64,000 bases of DNA, taken from the NCBI GenBank assembly GCA_963762375.1, contig CAVXKP010000006.1, positions 27 through 64,026 on the forward strand. Reading direction: 5' to 3'. The translations under genes and the position numbers were made by a program. The DNA is from an uncultured Acidobacteriaceae bacterium. GTDB lineage: Bacteria > Acidobacteriota > Terriglobia > Terriglobales > Acidobacteriaceae. The notes under the pieces are model-generated. The model was not told where the DNA came from. It saw only the letters and a program-made list of their open reading frames with translations, and did no database searches. Positions 61,420-64,000 of this stretch are shown piece after piece (positions within the stretch are counted from its first letter, which is position 1; each line of letters opens with the position of its first letter).

Positions 61420-61768
61420 GCCGTTGCCCTTGCTGTTGCCTATTGCCGTTGCCTTTCTTTCTGTCATTCCCTCTGGGAATCTGCTGTTGCCCTTGCTTTT
61501 GCTGTTGCTCGTTGCTGTTGCTTGTTGCCGTTGCCGTTGCCGTTGCCTGTTTTACGCCGTCATCCTGAGCGCAGCGAAGGACCCCTGTAGTTGCTGTTGC
61601 ACTTGCACTTGCACTTGCACTTGCTCCTGCTCCTGCTCCTGCTCTTGTCTTTTGCCCTTGCCCTTGCCGTTGCCTGTTTTTCCCCGTCATCCTGAGCGCA
61701 GCGAAGGACCCCCGCATTCGTCTTTGCCCTTGCCGTTGCTTTAGCTAGAAGCTAGCAGCTAGCAGCTA
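61420..61768 (+). repeat. mosaic repeat cluster with two GTCATCCTGAGCGCAGCGAAGGACCCC hairpins, an ATTCCC/GGGAAT palindrome, hexamer and heptamer runs
   Basis: Hairpins at 61559-61585 and 61686-61712; palindrome at 61461-61484. Confidence 0.88.
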
Positions 61769-62259
61769 AACCCACCAAACTCCCCCCGCTCCTGCTCCCC
61801 CGGCATCTCCCACCGCTCCTCCATCGCCTCAAACATCTCCCGCGTCACCGCAAACGTAAACGTAAACGTCCCACTCTCTCCGCGATTCCGCGCACACACC
61901 CGTTCCCACCGCACCGCCGCCTCCACCTCCAGCACGACCAGCGCACACCCCACCCCCGCCGCCCGCGCCCGCTCCAGCCACTCCATCCGCTGCGCCCGCG
62001 TCGTAAATCCCAAGTCCAGCACCGACGAAACCCCCACCCCCGCCAACCCCCGCGCCACCGCCTCGATCTGCGCCTCACACCGCCCTACCCGCTCCAGCGC
62101 CCACCCAAGATCATTCTTCTCCGGACAATCCATCCAGAACAGCGCATTCATCCACTCATCGATCGAGAACCGCACCCCGCCCACCCGCTCCGCAATCTCC
62201 CACGCAGCCGTCGACTTCCCCGCCCCCGTCGACCCCGCCACCACATACCACGTCGCCAT
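61759..62259 (-). CDS. P-loop kinase (AAA_33-like)
   Basis: GSTGAGKS, FSIDEWM, VLDLGF..R..R, RV..RN. Confidence 0.8.
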   Translation of the reverse strand: MATWYVVAGSTGAGKSTAAWEIAERVGGVRFSIDEWMNALFWMDCPEKNDLGWALERVGRCEAQIEAVARGLAGVGVSSVLDLGFTTRAQRMEWLERARAAGVGCALVVLEVEAAVRWERVCARNRGESGTFTFTFAVTREMFEAMEERWEMPGEQERGEFGGFSC

Positions 62260-62264
62260 CAAAC

Positions 62265-63545
62265 CTAACGCCCGCCGTCCGCGCCGGACCGCAGCCACCC
62301 ATACAGCGGAAACGCCTCCGCCAACTCCCCCACCTTCCCCCGAATCTCCGCCAGCCGTCCCGCATCACTCCGATGCTCCAGCGCCTCGGCAATCCACCCC
62401 GCAATCATCTTCATCTCCGCTTCCTTCATCCCGCGCGTCGTCAGCGCCGGCGTCCCAATCCGTATCCCGCTCGGCTTCATTGGAGGATTCGTGTCATACG
62501 GAATCGCATTCTTGTTCACCGTAATCCCCGCCGCCCCCAGCGCACTCTCCGCCTCCGACCCCAACATCCCCTTCACAAACACATCCACCAGAATCAAATG
62601 CGTGTCGGTCCCTCCGGAGATCACGCGGAAACCAGCCGCCTGCATCGCCTCCGCCAGCGCCTTGGCATTGGCCACCGTCTGCGCCGCATACGCCTTGAAC
62701 TCCGGCTGCAGCGCCTCTTGGAACGCAACGGCCTTGCCCGCAATCACGTGCACCAGCGGCCCACCCTGCTGCCCCGGAAACACGCTCCGGTCAATCGACG
62801 CCGCCAGCTCCGCCTTGCACAGGATCATGCCCGCCCGCGGCCCCCGCAGCGTCTTATGCGTCGTCGTCGTCACCACATCCGCATGCGGCACCGGACTCGG
62901 ATGCGCCCCGCCCGCCACCAGCCCCGCAAAGTGCGCCATGTCGATCATCAACTTCGCGCCCACCTTATCCGCAATCTCCCGCATCCGCACAAAATCGAAC
63001 TGCCGCGGATACGCCGACCCTCCGCCCACAATCACCTTCGGCTGCTCCGCCAGGGCCTGCGCCTCCAGCGCGTCGTAGTCGATCACCTCGGTATCCTGCC
63101 GCACCTTGTACCCTGCAATCCGGTACAGCTTCCCCGAAAAATTCAGCTTGTGCCCATGCGTCAGATGCCCGCCATTCGCCAGGTCCAATCCCAATATCGT
63201 CTCGCCCGGCTCCAGCAGCGTCATGTACGCCGCCGCATTCGCCTGCGACCCCGAGTGCGGCTGCACGTTCGCATGCTCGGCCCCGAACAGCTCCTTCGCC
63301 CGCTCCCGCGCCAGGTTCTCCACCACATCCGCAAACTCGCAGCCGCCGTAGTACCGCTTGCCCGGATACCCCTCCGCATACTTGTTCGTAAAGACCGTTC
63401 CCACGGCCTCGAGCACCGCGCGCGAAACAAAGTTCTCGCTGGCAATCATCTCCAGCCCCTCATGCTGCCGCAGCACTTCGTTCTGTATCTGCGCAGCAAT
63501 CTCGGGGTCACTCGACGTCAGGGGAGCATTCAGGTCAATCGGCAT
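62265..63545 (-). CDS. glyA: serine hydroxymethyltransferase
   Basis: [39 protein letters not shown]. Confidence 0.98.
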   Translation of the reverse strand: MPIDLNAPLTSSDPEIAAQIQNEVLRQHEGLEMIASENFVSRAVLEAVGTVFTNKYAEGYPGKRYYGGCEFADVVENLARERAKELFGAEHANVQPHSGSQANAAAYMTLLEPGETILGLDLANGGHLTHGHKLNFSGKLYRIAGYKVRQDTEVIDYDALEAQALAEQPKVIVGGGSAYPRQFDFVRMREIADKVGAKLMIDMAHFAGLVAGGAHPSPVPHADVVTTTTHKTLRGPRAGMILCKAELAASIDRSVFPGQQGGPLVHVIAGKAVAFQEALQPEFKAYAAQTVANAKALAEAMQAAGFRVISGGTDTHLILVDVFVKGMLGSEAESALGAAGITVNKNAIPYDTNPPMKPSGIRIGTPALTTRGMKEAEMKMIAGWIAEALEHRSDAGRLAEIRGKVGELAEAFPLYGWLRSGADGGR

Positions 63546-63751
63546 ATAGCGAACATTTTACGCCGCCCGCTCCCCGCCACAAGCAACCCTCACCGCGGTT
63601 ACCTCCTTGCGGAATTCCACGCGCCGTTGTTTGCGATAATGGCTGTGACATCAAGAGTCGCTGCGCACGCACCCGCGGCTCGCTCGCCAGCCTTTGACTC
63701 GCCCGTTCGGCATTCCTGGCTTGACCCCACTCCCCATGCAGGACCTGACCT

Positions 63752-64000
63752 ATGCAGCTATGGACCGACTATGAAGGCGTCACCATCGACGGCGCCTTCC
63801 CCTTGCGCAAGCTCCTCATGCCCGAAGGCCGCAGCGCCTTCTTCTCCACCGCCGGCACCCACGGCGAACCCACCGTCGTCCGCGTCATCGAGTGCCACTT
63901 CGATGAGGAAGAGATCCTCTCCCGCTGGCGCTGCGTCGAGGCCCTGCGCCATCCCAACTTCCTCACCTTCGAGCGCTTCGGCCAGACCGAGATCGATGGC
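63752..64000 (+). CDS. protein-kinase-like (probable pseudokinase) N-lobe, truncated by the window edge
   Basis: W...EG.TIDG.FPL..LL, L.HPN.L....G. Confidence 0.55.
   Translation, partial: MQLWTDYEGVTIDGAFPLRKLLMPEGRSAFFSTAGTHGEPTVVRVIECHFDEEEILSRWRCVEALRHPNFLTFERFGQTEIDG

Noticed and set aside
63546..63750. ZMP/ZTP or glycine riboswitch upstream of glyA
   Set aside because: A -10-like TAAAAT lies 9 nt before the ATG, leaving no room for a leader, and I did not recognise any aptamer consensus.

Overview
A high-GC chromosomal window, most likely from an Acidobacteriota (Terriglobia/Acidobacteriaceae-like) genome; this is inferred from gene content and repeat style, not from a marker search. 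It carries mostly core and envelope genes (skp, lepA, mltD-like, lpxI-lpxA-fabZ, tyrS, infC with AUU start, tonB-exbB-exbD-exbD, yajC-secD-secF, tgt, prmC, glyA), transporters, regulators, an ECF sigma/anti-sigma/DUF4252 unit, a GH89 + HGSNAT-like pair and a probable 6S RNA. I saw no rRNA, tRNA, CRISPR array, integrase or intact transposase. About 15-20 single-base frameshifts split otherwise intact genes and are most likely long-read indel errors. The most unusual signals are: (1) several short palindromic repeat families, all with the same strand orientation, including one inserted in frame (twice, nested, in two different frames) into tgt and once into an anti-sigma gene; (2) a polar 17-19 bp motif YTCGCCGTCCGCGCAGGAC with about 15 copies, all on +; (3) extreme strand-dependent C/G codon usage; (4) a ~650 nt structured, GGA-repeat-rich leader or sRNA downstream of 6S and upstream of a disordered-region/receiver protein; (5) two paralogous small membrane proteins ending in PKGLWEF, one behind a consensus CRP-type box; (6) an orphan non-coding cassette with two phased 26 bp dyads and a G6AG6 end.
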